Below are positions 50,101 through 63,740 of a stretch of 64,000 nucleotides of DNA, piece by piece; position 1 is the first letter of the stretch; every line of letters starts with the position of its first letter. Both the position numbers and the translations under genes were made by a program. The stretch spans positions 17,670,001 to 17,734,000 of the forward strand of contig CM060731.1 of NCBI GenBank assembly GCA_030704615.1. Direction: 5' to 3'. The stretch comes from Takakia lepidozioides (Eukaryota; Plantae; Bryophyta). Below the pieces are notes generated by a model. It did no database searches. It was not told the DNA's origin and was given only the letters and a program-made list of their open reading frames with translations.

Positions 50101-50915
50101 TTGTGGGCAATCTGGAAGGTCAGATGTGCCTGGATTTTTCAAGGAAAATCCCCCGGTCTCAAGTCCATTCTGTTTAATGTTTATATAGATTTGAGAACTG
50201 AGGGGAGGAAAGCCTGGCTGGCTTTGTGTGCAGCTCTTCCTCGAGCTTCAGAACGGCGCATGGTGAAGCTTCTCAAGAGGTTTGATATCTCCCGGTGCAA
50301 GAATGACCTCCTCGGCACCAGACTGTTCAACACAACAATGCGCTGGAAAGACACCTTCGCCCCCCAATGGGAAACCTCCGGTTGATGGGGAAGAGTCTGA
50401 CTTCAACTGGAGGCACAAGTGCGCTAGGGATTCTAAATCCAGGGCTCACCTTAAGTTTTATTGTTCATCTTTAGCGCATTGGGCACGCCATTGGGTTCTG
50501 TCGTTTCTAGACTCTGTTGTTTTCATGCACAACCGTTATCTGACTCTGCAGTTATAGAGGTAGGAAGATTAGCTTCAGCTTTTAGGCTCGGCTGCTCTCT
50601 GTCTTAGCAATTCTGGTTGTTGGTTGGCCTCTTGCTATCCGCTTTCAGCTTCTGCCCTAGCTTTTGTTTGCGGGCTCGCAGCCTATCTGCGCATATCTGC
50701 TTTCTTTGGGCTCTGCGATGCATTTGGCTCTTTCATGAATTCACTCTCTTTCCTTCTTGTGGTCTCTTGGAATTATGGTTACGGTATCCCCCAGTAAGCC
50801 TTCACGGCCCCAGGTTGGTTATTTTTTCCACTTCATTGTACCTTCATCCATCCTTTAATAAATTTCCAAGGCCTTTGTCCCTGTTCTCTAAAATATAAAT
50901 ATAAATATATATATA
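47133..50915 (+). mobile_element. Decayed L1-clade LINE: ORF1 (47133-~48047), endonuclease fragment (48546-48965), RT largely deleted, zf-RVT/C-terminus (49870-50385), AT-rich tail
   Basis: GRGFYAILFSS, CYYCNGEGHMKAAC; VNIYAS, WIVGGDFN, YTWSNNR; FTEEEL..DGIPVEFFK; CDMC..ETLEHCLVAC; LWAIWKVRC. Confidence 0.85.
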
Positions 50916-52299
50916 CAGTTTTTTTACCGGGGCCCTATTTGCAGAGCCCACCAAAATAAGGTGTAGGTGGAAGAAACCCTCTAGAACGTAGCCCTCACCT
51001 ATATATTGTCTCTAGGCCCGGGGAGCCTACTAGAAAGAGGCCCACGGCCTCATGTGGAATTTTGTGGAAAGCTCTAGAACTAGAGAGGAGGGCCCACCGT
51101 CTCACATATCCTAATTCTATGACATATGACTAGTCAAACCCAATGTTACACATTGAACAACATGAAAAAATAATGAGGTAGCAATGGTTATGGATGATGG
51201 GATGCACTTGGACCTTATCAGCACTTGTTTTGGACCCAAATAGACCTGCGATTCACTAATCTTGTTAGAATGTAATGTTCTTATCATCTTGTATGGTCAT
51301 AGGCCAACATACCCTAATCAAAATTTGGAAACGAATATTCACTCACACATCTATCCACCCCTGACAATCACACCGAGACACGTGCAACTTAAACTCTTAC
51401 CAAGATTATACTGAAATTTCTATTTTAATCTTTTTTCTAAAAAAAATTATTATTGTTTAGTACACTCTAAGTTTGATCTTCTACTTGCAAACCATTTGAA
51501 AAATATAATACTGCGGACTCTTGCTAAAGCATGCGTAACTCGTGACTTATGGAAGGTGGACACCTTTATTTAAGCTCACAACCATTAGTGAATTGGGATT
51601 ATACAACCATTGAGCTATCCTTCTAATTGCATAGAAAATATATTAGTGTTGGGTTGTTGTCAATTTATGTTATCAATTGGATATTATTAAAGGTTTTTTC
51701 CATTTATAGTACGATTCGACCTTGCAGATAAAGCAACATCTTTATTTCCATTGTGTTTTGATTCCCTATGTGGATCAATTTAGATGTGTCTTGCTCCCAA
51801 AAATATAAATAGAGGTATCCACTTTTGTCTTTTGCTTTCAACTTTTAGATTGCACATGAATAGATGTAATCAACTATCATCACCTCCTCCCACTACATCA
51901 TCTTCAACCCTCATTAAACCATATATAAACCCCCTCTAAATCAACTTCTAGTACTTCTAAATGATTTATTGAGGATTGATTTAATGGTCAAGCAGTACAC
52001 ATGTGTATCAAATGACCATGTCTTCACGCCATTTGTTGATCAATTTTGTTTATTTTTTTTTAAATCTAAATATTTTCACGTTTGATTTGATGATTATTTG
52101 GTACATCTAAAGGTACGTACAGCTGGTGATTGCGGGCGTCATAGAGTGCATTTTAATTATCTCTGTTCATACATACAAAAGCATTCTGATTAGTTGCTGA
52201 CATGGATGCCGACATGTCATCTTTATTGTATGCTTATCACTTGCGGGTAGGCGGGGTGGTAGTAAATGGCGGGGAGATAAAATCTTTCGAACCTAAATT

Positions 52300-54350
52300 G
52301 GGAGCATGCAAAGATATTAGCTTTCATAATGCAAGCACCTTGAGCACATTACTCACTTGATCTGAGAGGTAACATGATCACTGTTGCATAGCGGTGGAAT
52401 AAAATTGTAGAAGAATTCCAAAAATTACTCATATCAGGGTAGCACAAAATGACAAAATGACATTTATGACAAGTGGAACGGTCTCAACTTAGATTACAGG
52501 ACACTTGCTTATCACAAAGGGACTGGCCATAACACCATGCGATGAGCGTGACAAGTACCATCTGCCAAGACAGTTCAACAGATGATATTATGAAGCAATT
52601 CAAGCCTTTTAGGGGGAGAGATTATCAACGCTCTCATACATGTGAGAGACCTACAAGCCGAAGGGGATGGTATTTATGTACCATCAATGAAAGAGAAGAG
52701 ACTTAGGAAGAAGAGGAAGTGCATGCAGTACAGCCTCAACATTCTCTCATGCAAGAATTGTTGGGTGATATTTGTGTACCTAATGGTCAAGCTCAAACTA
52801 AACATAGAAACAACCAAGGTTTACGGGCAAATGGTGTAAACCTCGATGACTACTCGGAGACCTTTCTAGGAAATCACCATCGCCATCACATTATCAATCT
52901 TACAGATACTCCCAACGTACCAGGAACTAGACTCCAAACACCAGACAACACAGGGATCAAACATAAACGTGCCAGTGTATTTTCACCTGTCATTGAGACC
53001 ACTGACAAAAACTGCAAAATGCTCGTGGATGTTATGGACCGCATCAAAACCACCCAACTTCAAGAGGTAACTCCAATACCTCAAAGACAGAGACAAGAGA
53101 TTTCACAAAACGAGCAAGAACATAGTGAATGTTATGTCATGTATTCATCGAGGACAAGACACTTATGCCTCCACTGTTAATTATTTCTGATTCCTTGGGA
53201 GATGAGATGTCACGACCAGGCTTGCAGGTGATTAGTGATGAAGAAAAAGCAGTTCCAGCATCAACTCCATGAATTTGTAATTGATAGCGAAGAATTTCAA
53301 TCGATTCAAGCTATGGTCATTTCATTGCCATCGAATATTTCAGTCCTAGCCTAACGTCTTAAGTTGTAGTATCACACTTTGATTTTAAAAATCAAAGAAC
53401 TCGTAGGTACACTCAACTATGCTTCCAATAATGTTGCAGTCTTTGACTTTTGAGCAATTCAACGTCTATGGGGTCTGTTTCCAAGAAATCATTCCAGAAG
53501 TATGCATTGGTCAGTCCCCAAAATCTCAACACCTTGTAGGGCATGTTCACCATCATTGTCATTTGTTAGTTGTTCTGCTTGAATCCACTGTTCATTCTCC
53601 CTTCTTCTACCAACCTGAGGGACGCAATCTACATTATTTTCTACCTCTAATTGTGCCATAAGCACATCAATGTCCACATCTTTCCCATCCAAGATCATGT
53701 TGTAGAGCATGCAACAACATATTACTACATCTAGAAGGAAAAGAATATCCAGGTCAGTCTTCATCATCACCTTTCTAACAGTTTTATTTAGTATCGACCC
53801 AAAAGAGTTTTCCACAACACTCCTCCCTCGACAAAGATGATTGTTATACAAAGCCTGTAGAACTGTGTGATGCACATTGCCAACCTGTTTACGAGGAACC
53901 ACTAACTAGGCCGGTATGATATAGGGTCTGATGCCATCTTGAGCACCACATTCGAGATTGAACAAGTCTCCATGGATGGCCTTCTAGCAGATAATATTAG
54001 GATCTGACCATCATTCATAGAACCAAGCATTCCCATAAAACCATCTCGAAACCTTCTCTCATGATCAATCACTGCTCAATATATTTGTATTTGCATGCCG
54101 TAAACTTTCGATTTGTATGAGAACTAGTCTCTTGCGAAAGATCAATTATGCTTTTGAAATGAATCTGTTTGACGTCTATGGCACCATGGATGGACGGTAA
54201 GCTACAAAAATCTTTGAATCTTGCCATTACTTGTAACAAGCCCTCTCCTACTAGCCGTCAAATTTGATTCGTGAATACTACATAGACAGTGCATACGAAT
54301 TTTTGGAGAACCAAATGTATTGTGGACTTCCCAATTGCGAACATTTGATA
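52300..54350. mobile_element. Decayed PIF/Harbinger element: Myb/SANT-like gene remnant (+, ~52380-52700) and transposase remnant (-, ~53500-54330)
   Basis: DKWNGLNLDY..YHKGTG..HLPRQFN; LPSIHGAID; YNNHLCRGRSVVENSFG; CCMLYN. Confidence 0.7.
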
Positions 54351-54400
54351 CGATCAAGACTTTAAGCTTGATCTTGGTAACTCTCCCATGCATTCTCTTA

Positions 54401-54895
54401 GAGCATCTTCAACGGCGTCCCGCCATCGGGCCCTGCCAAGCTGCTCATGGTGTGGAGTTTGGCGTGGATTGCGTCTCAGTATAGAGACCGGCGGAAGAAC
54501 GTCCACCCGGGTCACGCTAAATCCAGCGCCAAGTTGGGCTGGCCAGTCTGTGGATGGCACGTGGTGGCTCCAGGCTGCACCACACCTGCTATTCATATCC
54601 CCACTTGATTCCAAATTCCAGATTTGAAATTGAAAACAAGAGTGCGCCTTCTTCGATACCTTTGCGCGACGTGCAAGCACCAGAATTGTTCCCGAGTGCT
54701 TGGGCGTGCATGTGCACGCTTGACGGAGGTTTGGTGAGATATGCCAAATATGTAAAATATGGCGTACCCCTGACCTTGGCGTAGGTCCCTCCTGCTAAAA
54801 ATATAACGTTGGTAGGGTGCGGTGGGTCACGATTTGGGAAAATGACCGGCAAAATGGCGTTGAAAATGGCATAACGTACCTGCGTTGAGGTGCTC
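54401..54895. mobile_element. Tourist-like MITE
   Basis: TIR GAGCATCTTCAACG / CGTTGAGGTGCTC flanked by TTA on both sides. Confidence 0.85.
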
Positions 54896-55049
54896 TTATA
54901 CTACATAAAATTCATCTTTGATTCTTGCCTATGCATCATGTGTTACTTGGGTCACGACAGTTTTATCACCCCTGTCTATTTTTGTTCATCGTATCAAGTC
55001 AGTTTGTTCTTTGTTCTTGACAATTTGTTAATAAAGATAGAAGACACAT

Positions 55050-57605
55050 TTGTGGAGGTTGCCGCTACTTTGCTAAGTCTTCAGCTCTAGATGTAAGAAC
55101 TTCGCATTTGTACTGCCCAACTACAAACCAATCAATCTCAAGCAACACACCAAATAATTTGCAGCAACAAATTTAGAGTTAGATGAGTTGAACAATGACT
55201 CTTTATTAATAAAAGCTTCTAGTGCAAATGTTCCTACATATAATCAATAGATTACAAGAGATTCAAAGATGAATATGTCCGGGAAACTTGATTGGTCCGA
55301 ACGATATCAAAGTTTCACGGATTTGTTCTACGTCTACATCTACAACGTTATCCCAATGGAGGTATTCAAGTTGAATTCACGGGTACCATTCTATCATGCA
55401 CTATTTTATCTTGGTTCACACCTCTACTAGAAAACAAATTTACATTTGCTAAATAATTTTGAAGCATTCATGTCAAAATTTACTGCAATATTCAAAGAGA
55501 ATGATATGGAATGAGTGGCGGGAGACAAAGATGCAAAGCTTATAACAAAAAACATGTTCTACTTCTATTTATGTTGCTAAATTTGGACAATTTGTATTCA
55601 ATTTGAATGAGAAAAGCCTCAGTACTAGTTCCGATCTGAGCTAAATGAAGATGTGAATGATTTGTTGTTGACAATGTCAAACGTCAACACCTTGATTGAA
55701 TTCATCACCTAAGTCATTGCATGCGATAACTGTTTGTTTGAAAGTCGTCAAGAGAAACTATGTAGACGGTCCACAACAAACCATGCTGCTACTATCACGA
55801 CACCAAAGTGGACGATCAACTAATACTGTACAACCATTCTATGTAAATTGATGCTGCTCGATCCAAGCCATTGATAGAATTGGAAAAACACCAAAACGTT
55901 TTTAGAACTTTTTCCCCACCTTCGTTGAACGAATGTGTTCTCCCCCGAAACAAAATTAAGATCTTTGATTTTTATGCCCATCTTCGTCTGACGAAGGTGG
56001 TCTCCTCCAAAAAAAATTTGGATCTTTGATTTTTATGCGCACTTTCTTCGAACGAAGGTGGTGTCTGCAAATTATTTCTTGGATATTTTATTATTTTTCC
56101 TACCTTCGACAAAAGAAGGTCGTCTCCCCCAGATTATGTTGTGGACCTCCAGACCCTCTGTTTTTTGTGCCTACCTTCGGCGAATGAAAGTGGTGTCCCC
56201 AAAATTTTGTCGTCAACCTTTTGATGTGTTGGTTTGTCTACATCATTTGATAACATGTGTGGTGCTTATTTATAAACAGTCAATGTCTTATTTTAGGTTT
56301 ATATTTCCAAAAGCTAAAGTTGTGGATCGCAGAAATACATTTAGTTTTTCATATCTGTCTCCAGCTTCTGTAACCAAATGTGGTGTTTCGAGACAATACC
56401 GTGTCATTCTGCATTAATGTCTCCCGAATTTACGGGCAGCCCGTGAAAGATTTATTGATTGTTGCGTGACCGGTGTTCCCGCATCCACGTCACACTGATG
56501 GTTGATAGAATAACAACTCCTTATTATGGACAACCTAAACACACAACGCGAAACTACCCCAACAAGAAATGATTCAAAGCTTAGGGCACAACACCAATGT
56601 TCCAAACAGTAAGATTGAAAAACGAATATGTCCAGTTATAGTAGGGCCATGCAATTGGACACAACCAATTTCTTATTAAAAAAATGTCTCTTTCTACCTC
56701 CGGAGCTTGAACATTGCTTCACAATTTCTATAAAGGCTATAATGCAATATCATGACATCCCAATAAACTGGCTTTTGGATTTGAGAGCTTCAGTATGTTT
56801 TATCGACAATTTTTTTGCAAAACAACACAATCTGACACTCGTTAAAAACAACTCTTGCCCACGAAACTCAATCACTAGAGGTGAAGTTTAATTATTACAT
56901 ATCGTCTTCAACATCATTTACTCTCCTATGAATCATATTGTCTTTTGACTCCCATTGACTAGCGATCGCACAAAGGTTCTTCGAGACCAAAATATAAAAA
57001 TATTAAAAATATTTTACTTGTATTTCTTGGAGCTAAAGCCTTCATGAGGGCAATAATGAAAGACGTGACATTTCCAATTTATGTGACTCCAATCAACACG
57101 TCAGTCAAGTATCATCCACTCAATATCAAGATTTCAAGGTTGTATTTGAGAAGAAAAATGCAGATATGTTGTCGGAACATCGTTTGTATGAATACACCAT
57201 TGAAATACAAGAAACAACCTAACCACCATTCAGCCCAATTTATAATTTATCTCAGACGGAGTTTAAAGTTACATTACGCAAATACATTGACGAAAATTTG
57301 TGGAAAAAAAAATCGTTTAATATTCAAAATCGTTTGTAGGAGCGCCTATCTTATTAGTAAAAAGAATAAGACGGCGGATCTTTACGCATGTGTGTAGGTT
57401 ATAAAGTCACTATCAGGAATTGTTATCCGTTGCCGCTGATTTTTAGACTTCTCAAACAACTTGGATATGTAAATATTTCTACAAAGATTGATTTGAAATG
57501 AGCTTATAACCTTGTATGGATAAAAGAATGAGACAAATGCAAACCATTTTCGGACAAAGTATGGATATTTTGAATACATCGTTATGCCATTTGGTTTTAC
57601 AATAG
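55050..57605 (+). pseudogene. Old, heavily decayed Ty3/gypsy gag-PR-RT remnant
   Basis: SWFTPLLE (gag-like), LLDLRASVCFID (protease-like), PPFSPIYNLS, KIDLK*AYNLV, RTKYGYFEYIVMPFG. Confidence 0.75.
55915..56205. repeat. ~60-65-bp tandem repeat with CTTCG..CGAAGG palindromic core, inserted in the gypsy remnant
   Basis: About 5 copies of CTTCG(N)ACGAAGGTGGT..CCC..AAA. Confidence 0.6.
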
Positions 57606-58842
57606 AAAAATCTAGTGCCCGAAGAAGGTTGCGATCTGTGCGAAGTTGCAGGGATCATTCGTAGCCTGGAATACATGCGGAGCATTGCTGATCCTCTGTA
57701 GGGACGGTTGTCAAGAGGTCCCATTAAAATGGGGAGTGTTGAAAAGCCTGGGAAGACGGAAGTGGAGTAGAAGGAAAACAACCACACTCGGAATGCAGAC
57801 AGTTGGGAGAGATGAGAGAATTTGGGTGAATCTAAAAGAATGAGGAGAAATTCAGCAGAGCCAGCGATATTGTCAATGGCAAGGCGTGAAAAAGAGACAA
57901 GAAGAACTTTAGAAAGCAAGTGATAGTTCTAAGAAGGTCAAAGAGTGATGATTTGAAGGAAGCATAGTAGAAACGAGATTTGTCCATCCAAGATAGAAGG
58001 AGGCCGGTGCTAAGGCACTGGTATTGACGATTTGCAACAGATCGTCCGAGCATAGGATAATAGGAGGACGTAAGCTAATTCATGGAAAGGCGGAAGTGGG
58101 AGTGAATACAAAATAGGGATATTGAAGGAAAAACACTTTGGGAAGATATGGCGGCTGTATGTCACGTTTAGTGCCAGGGGTTGTCGGTTGTCAATCGTCG
58201 AGGATAATTGATAAAGAAGACAAGGCCGGTGATCCAGGGAGATTAAGGAGAGGAAATCAGCTGCATGGCGGTTGGGAATAAATAGTGTTGGCTTGAATTG
58301 AATCCTTGGAGTTAAAGCATCAGAGTTGGGAGACCGCCGGGGGGGGGGGGGGGGGGGATGAAGGTTGATCATTCATCAGAAACCATAATATGATGAAGAA
58401 AACCATTGTGAAGGGAGCGGTCGAATTAGGAGAAAGAATGAGGGTATTTAGATGGGGCAGATAAGTGTTATCTTCTTATTCATTCATTAAGAGAGACTGG
58501 GACGCCAATCAGGGGAAGAGCCAGGGAGTGTCCAAGGTCGAATAAGGGTGCTGAGATAGTTAGATATTTAGAAAAGCATGAAAAACGAAAAGAGCTCGAA
58601 AAAAAAGCTTAGAAAGGAAGGGGTATGGTGAATATGCCGGCTCCCATATCACCTTTATCCGCTGAATGTTGGGAAAGGGAGACAAGAAACGAGGAGAGAG
58701 ACAAAGGGACCGTTTAATGTCTCACTCTCTCACCGCAAACTGCGGAGCTACATAGCGCTCCCCCCATCAGTTTATTTAGTTATTTACTTAGAAAAAAGGG
58801 GAGGAAGCCCTTAAGAGAAACACTTAAATAAATAAATAAATT

Positions 58843-59066
58843 GCACATCAGCTGGTAAGTGCACAGTGTTGGTGGTTCGGGGTTCAAACCCGCTGCCCTG
58901 CCTGGTGTGTGGATTGTTCGTGACTGGCTTGGTCTGGTGGTGACGTTTCCCACCTGTGTGCCTAATGGCTTATATGAAAGGGGGTTAATTTTTCCCCCTC
59001 CTCAAGGGCCTGAATTGTGAGCAGTCGCTCCCAGGTTTCCTTTTCTTAAAAAAATAAAAATAAAAA
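58843..59066 (+). mobile_element. Putative tRNA-derived SINE
   Basis: A-box-like CAGCTGGT, B-box GGTTCAAACCC at 58881-58891, A-rich 3' tail and similar A-rich 5' flank. Confidence 0.5.
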
Positions 59067-59529
59067 TTTAATAACATAAAGTATTTATAGTTTTTACTCT
59101 GAAAATTATTATTTTATTAGAGAAAGACTGTTGGCTGTTTGTACTCTTAATAGAAATCGTTCGAGTCAATCATAACTACACGCTAAGCACGCATGTTTCG
59201 CACAGAACTGCCATCCTTCCCCCGTCCTCAGTCTCTCCAATAGGCGTGATCAGACCTTGACCGGATCTTGTTCTCTCGCAGATTCACACGCACGGATCGC
59301 ACATGCGCAGCCATCTATCCCTTCTGCCGTAAAATCCAGGTGTAGAGCAGACTGAGCTAGACCAAGAGTGTGGATATTGATACAGTTGGTTTCAGACGGT
59401 GGAAGCAAGATGAGAGCTGCCGGGTGCTAGATGTGGCGGATCGGGTGAAGAGTGAGAGTGTGAATTCTGAACCTCACGAACCCATTTTGTTCAAAGGGGC
59501 AGAGGACATTCATCTTACGGGTGGGCGGC

Positions 59530-61509
59530 ATGGCGAAATCAGTGGCTGCAGCTTTAGTTGTGTTTTCGATCTTGTCCATATGTGTTCCGCAGAGTGTGCG
59601 AGGGTTCTATCTGCCGGGTAGCTACATGCATGCGTATGAAGAGGACAAGGAACTGCCAGTTAAGGTCAATTCCATCACCTCCATCGACTCCGAGCTGCCC
59701 TACAGTTACTACAGCCTCCCCTTTTGTAAGCCCAAAGAAGGCATCAAGAAAGTAGCCGAGAATCTTGGCGAGCTTCTGATGGGTGACCAGATCGAGAACT
59801 CTCCGTACGTGTTCTATATGAAGCACGACCAGTCAAGTGTCAAATTATGCAACACGGAAGCCCTCACTGAGAATGAGGTGAAGCATTTGAAGCAGCGCAT
59901 CGACGACTACTATCAGATCAATCTCATTTTGGACAACCTTCCGGTGACAAGGTTCACTCGGCAACCGGAGTCTAAAGTTGCCATGCGGTGGACCGGATTT
60001 CCTATCGGTTATGAGAAGGACAAAAAGCACTACATTTACAATCACCTCAAGTTCAAGGTGTCCATCCATGAATATGATGATAGCATCGGTTCCGTGGGCT
60101 CTGTTATGGCTACAGGTGATGGGCTCGATGCCTTGCCTACGGGAACTGGTAAGAATATGTCAGGCACATTTATGGTGGTTGGGTTTGAGGTGATACCCTG
60201 CAGTATTCGTCGTGATGCAGGTGCAATTAAAAAGCTTGAACTTAGCATACTCCAGCAGGCTCCTTGCACCGCTGATGGTCCCCACCAGGAAATCAGGAGT
60301 GGCGAGCAGATTGTTTTCTCTTATGATGTGCACTTTGAACGTAGTACTGTCCGGTGGCCCAGCCGATGGGACGCGTACCTTAAGATGGAGGGTGCACGGG
60401 TACATTGGTTCTCTATCCTGAACTCTCTGATGGTCATCTCGTTCCTTGCTGGCATTGTGTTTGTCATCTTCTTGAGAACTGTGCGTCGAGATCTGACCAA
60501 GTATGAAGAGCTCGACAAAGAAGCACAAGCACAAATGACTGAGGAACTATCCGGTTGGAAGCTGGTGGTGGGTGATGTATTTCGGGCGCCAACTCACCCT
60601 CAGCTCCTCTGTGCTGTTGTTGGAGGTGGGGTTCAAATCACGGGCATGGCCATTGTGACCATTTTGTTTGCAGCATTTGGGTTCATGTCGCCTGCATCGC
60701 GAGGCATGTTACTTACTGGTATGGTGCTGCTGTATCTCTTTTTGGGGATTGCTGCTGGTTATGTGGGTTCCAGGTTGTGGTGCACCATCAAGGGTGATTC
60801 CAAAGGCTGGAGGAGAATCTCGTGGCGGGTGGCTTGTTTCTTCCCAGGCATTGCCTTCAGCATACTCACTGTGCTGAACTTTATTTTGTGGGCAAATGAT
60901 AGTACAGGCGCCATCCCCATATCTCTCTTCTTCATCCTACTACTTCTATGGTTTGGGATCTCTGTACCGCTGACATTGCTGGGGGGCTATTTGGGCGCAC
61001 GAGCGGAGCCTATCAAGTACCCTGTGCGCACCAACCAGATTCCCCGGGAAGTTCCCCCCCAAAAGTACCCTTCATGGCTGCTTGTGTTGGGCGCCGGGAC
61101 TCTACCCTTCGGGACGCTCTTCATTGAGCTGTTTTTCATCATGTCCAGCATCTGGATGGGCCGTGTATACTATGTGTTTGGGTTTCTGTTTGTGGTGTTA
61201 GTGCTGCTGGTGATTGTGTGTGCGGAGGTATCAGTGGTGCTCACCTACATGCATCTATGTGTGGAGGACCATCAGTGGTGGTGGAAGTCCTTCTTTGCAT
61301 CTGGCTCAGTGGCACTCTACGTCTTCCTATACTCCATCAACTACTTAGTTTTTGATTTGCATAGTTTGAGTGGGCCGGTATCAGCTGTTCTGTATATCGG
61401 CTACTCAGTGGTGATGGCTCTTGCCATCATGTTTGCAACAGGCACTATAGGGTTTCTGACATCCTTCTACTTTGTGCACTATCTTTTCTCCTCTGTGAAG
61501 CTCGACTAG
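59530..61509 (+). CDS. Transmembrane 9 superfamily (EMP70/TMN11-12-like) protein, single coding exon, 659 aa
   Basis: Signal peptide, FYLPG, ENLGELLMGDQIENSPY, HWFSILNS, GWKLVVGDVFRAP, PVRTNQIPREVP, WWWKSF, C-terminal KLD. Confidence 0.97.
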   Translation: MAKSVAAALVVFSILSICVPQSVRGFYLPGSYMHAYEEDKELPVKVNSITSIDSELPYSYYSLPFCKPKEGIKKVAENLGELLMGDQIENSPYVFYMKHDQSSVKLCNTEALTENEVKHLKQRIDDYYQINLILDNLPVTRFTRQPESKVAMRWTGFPIGYEKDKKHYIYNHLKFKVSIHEYDDSIGSVGSVMATGDGLDALPTGTGKNMSGTFMVVGFEVIPCSIRRDAGAIKKLELSILQQAPCTADGPHQEIRSGEQIVFSYDVHFERSTVRWPSRWDAYLKMEGARVHWFSILNSLMVISFLAGIVFVIFLRTVRRDLTKYEELDKEAQAQMTEELSGWKLVVGDVFRAPTHPQLLCAVVGGGVQITGMAIVTILFAAFGFMSPASRGMLLTGMVLLYLFLGIAAGYVGSRLWCTIKGDSKGWRRISWRVACFFPGIAFSILTVLNFILWANDSTGAIPISLFFILLLLWFGISVPLTLLGGYLGARAEPIKYPVRTNQIPREVPPQKYPSWLLVLGAGTLPFGTLFIELFFIMSSIWMGRVYYVFGFLFVVLVLLVIVCAEVSVVLTYMHLCVEDHQWWWKSFFASGSVALYVFLYSINYLVFDLHSLSGPVSAVLYIGYSVVMALAIMFATGTIGFLTSFYFVHYLFSSVKLD

Positions 61510-62519
61510 TTGTCATTTTGGTGCACCAGCCAGGTGGGGTTAGGTTTTGGTATAGAAGAAGCTACAGGCAGGTTAGATTGTCAGGCAGTGGAACAATTGG
61601 TTTGCCCTTTGTGCCAGGTTAAGATGAGGGCTGAATAGGCAAGACAAAAGTGAGATGCAGCATTTTAGGACTGCGCGTGGAGGAGTGGTTAAGCACTCTT
61701 CTGTCTATGATGAGTATCCTAGAAGGCAATAATATAGTATGCACTGATTTGCACCAAAATTTGAGAAGGTCTATGTTACAGACTATTCATCCCATTGCTG
61801 TGATGATCACCTTTTCCTTCCAGTTCATGGCAGGCAGAGTGGAGTAATGTACATACTGGCAACATCTTTACGCATGGAGGGAAATCAAAACAGAATTAAT
61901 GTTGGACTTTGATACATTATTTGGTACTGGTAGTGGAATTGGGCGGGGGGTTGGGGGGGGTGAGTGCAAGCAACTTGAGGAGGCATGGATCACTGCAAGG
62001 TACAGTGGAGACGTGATCTTCTTGGATGTGACTCTTGGGTTTGGGCTATTTTGTCTCCTTGCTTCATAAGCCTGAGTTGGAGTACAGCTTGAAGGCACCC
62101 AGCCTGTATGTGGTTGTTTGGAGAGCTGCAATATGGATCTGCTATGGTTTTCATATATTCTGTATAGGATAGAGCCCACCTCGAAATGGGCAGTACTCAC
62201 ACGGGTAAGAGTCTCTTCTCTCTTGTGACTTCAGTTGTTGTCATCTCCCTCTCTCTCCTCCGAACTAATTGTCTTTACCGAGCTAAGGCCCCGGCCGCAC
62301 CTGCCGGTTAGCTAGCAGGCCAGTAGCTGCAGCTATCGCGCCGGGTAGGTAGCAGAGGTCTGGCAGGAAACTGGGCGGTGGCCGCACCTGGCCTGTTAAC
62401 AGGAGCGCAAAAACAAATACTCGGGCTGCCCGCCCGTCTTCCCCGCGGCTATGATGGACGGAGCTCGTGGGAGCTGCTTGACTCCACAACTGCGAAACCT
62501 GCAGGGAAGAGGGAGCTGT

Positions 62520-62890
62520 GTGGGGGGCCTTGCTTGGTGCCTGTAGAGTTCACAGCGATTTGGAGCTAGCAGAGCGTGCAGCAAAAGTCTTTCTTGAGTC
62601 GGATCCACACCACCCTGCAGCCTACATGCTGCTCTCAAACATCTATGCTGCAGCTGGCAGGTGGGACGATAAAGCAAAGGTGAGAAAGACAGAGGAGTCA
62701 GAAAGGAGCCAGGGCGGGGCTGCATTGAGGTAACAAGCAGATGCATACTTTGGTGTAGATGACAAACTGCATCCACAAAGTGAGGAAATCCATGCTGAGC
62801 TGAACAGGTTATCTCAGCAGATGAACGAGGCTGGGTATGTGCTTGATACACGTTTTGTATTGCATGAGCTGGAGGAAGAACATCTGAATG
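62520..62890 (+). pseudogene. PPR E/E+/DYW-start fragment
   Basis: WGALLGACRVH, AAYMLLSNIYAAAGRWD, RKEPG, HPQSEEIHAEL..AGYVLDTRFVLH; frameshifted and truncated. Confidence 0.85.
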
Positions 62891-63539
62891 TTTGTGGCCA
62901 GGTTGGGCAGCGGAGTGTGGGAGGGTGGATGAAGGGGAGGTGCATCTTTGATTTATTAGGATGGTTTGAACATGAAGAACCCAATGTGGAGGTATTATAT
63001 ATCTTCTTTGTTTTTGTGCACAAGTAGGAAGGTGCCAATTCTGCGGCCAGCGGCTTCCAGTCATCAAAACATTGGTGTTCCAACTTTCCGGAATTGCCAG
63101 CTGTATATGTAGAGCTCTTTCTGTGTGTGTAGGACAGTCCCGTTAAAGCACAGAGTGGAAGATGTTGTTGAAGAGGTTGCAATGGAGAGCAAGGCCCTGT
63201 TGGTCCTTACCTGAAATGTAGCTATCTTTGTAGATTTATTGATGACTTGAGAGTGTATATAATATTGGTGGTGACTTATTGAAAATGCACTGGCTCTAAA
63301 GTTACCGGACTGGAGGTTTGTTCCCTTCACATTCAAAAAATGGCTCTCTTTAAGACCCGAGCATCACCGGTGTTGCAGCTGTTTGAAAGAGATGTAAACC
63401 AGTTAGTTTGTGCTTGTCTAAAAGTGGCCAGAAACCCAGGTTGGCAAGAGAAGAGAGGAGGTGGAGAGAATAGGGTCTTGTGTAGAAATAGTACTGGAAC
63501 AGGTTACTGCTAGCTGTACACCCTGGTGTGCCAGATAAC

Positions 63540-63740
63540 ATGTTGGGAGACTGCCCTTGCTGCACATCAAGTGTCAGATAATATGGTGCAACAGGATGTA
63601 GCTGGAGAGAGATTGCCCTGGTTAACATCTATGCCAAATTGTTGGAGCATGAAGATGCACACGAAGTATCTGAGAATGTGGAATGAATTGTGGTTACATG
63701 GAGTGCAACGATGACAGCATTGATGTGACAGGGAGGCTCT
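63540..63740 (+). pseudogene. Degenerate PLS-type PPR motif fragments
   Basis: ALVNIYAK..EDAHEV and VVTWSA-like segments with frameshifts. Confidence 0.45.

Noticed and set aside
58843-58900. tRNA gene
   Set aside because: B-box present but no convincing cloverleaf; followed by a body and A-rich tail, better explained as a SINE
62396-63067. 223-aa minus-strand ORF
   Set aside because: Antisense to the PPR pseudogene fragment, no independent support
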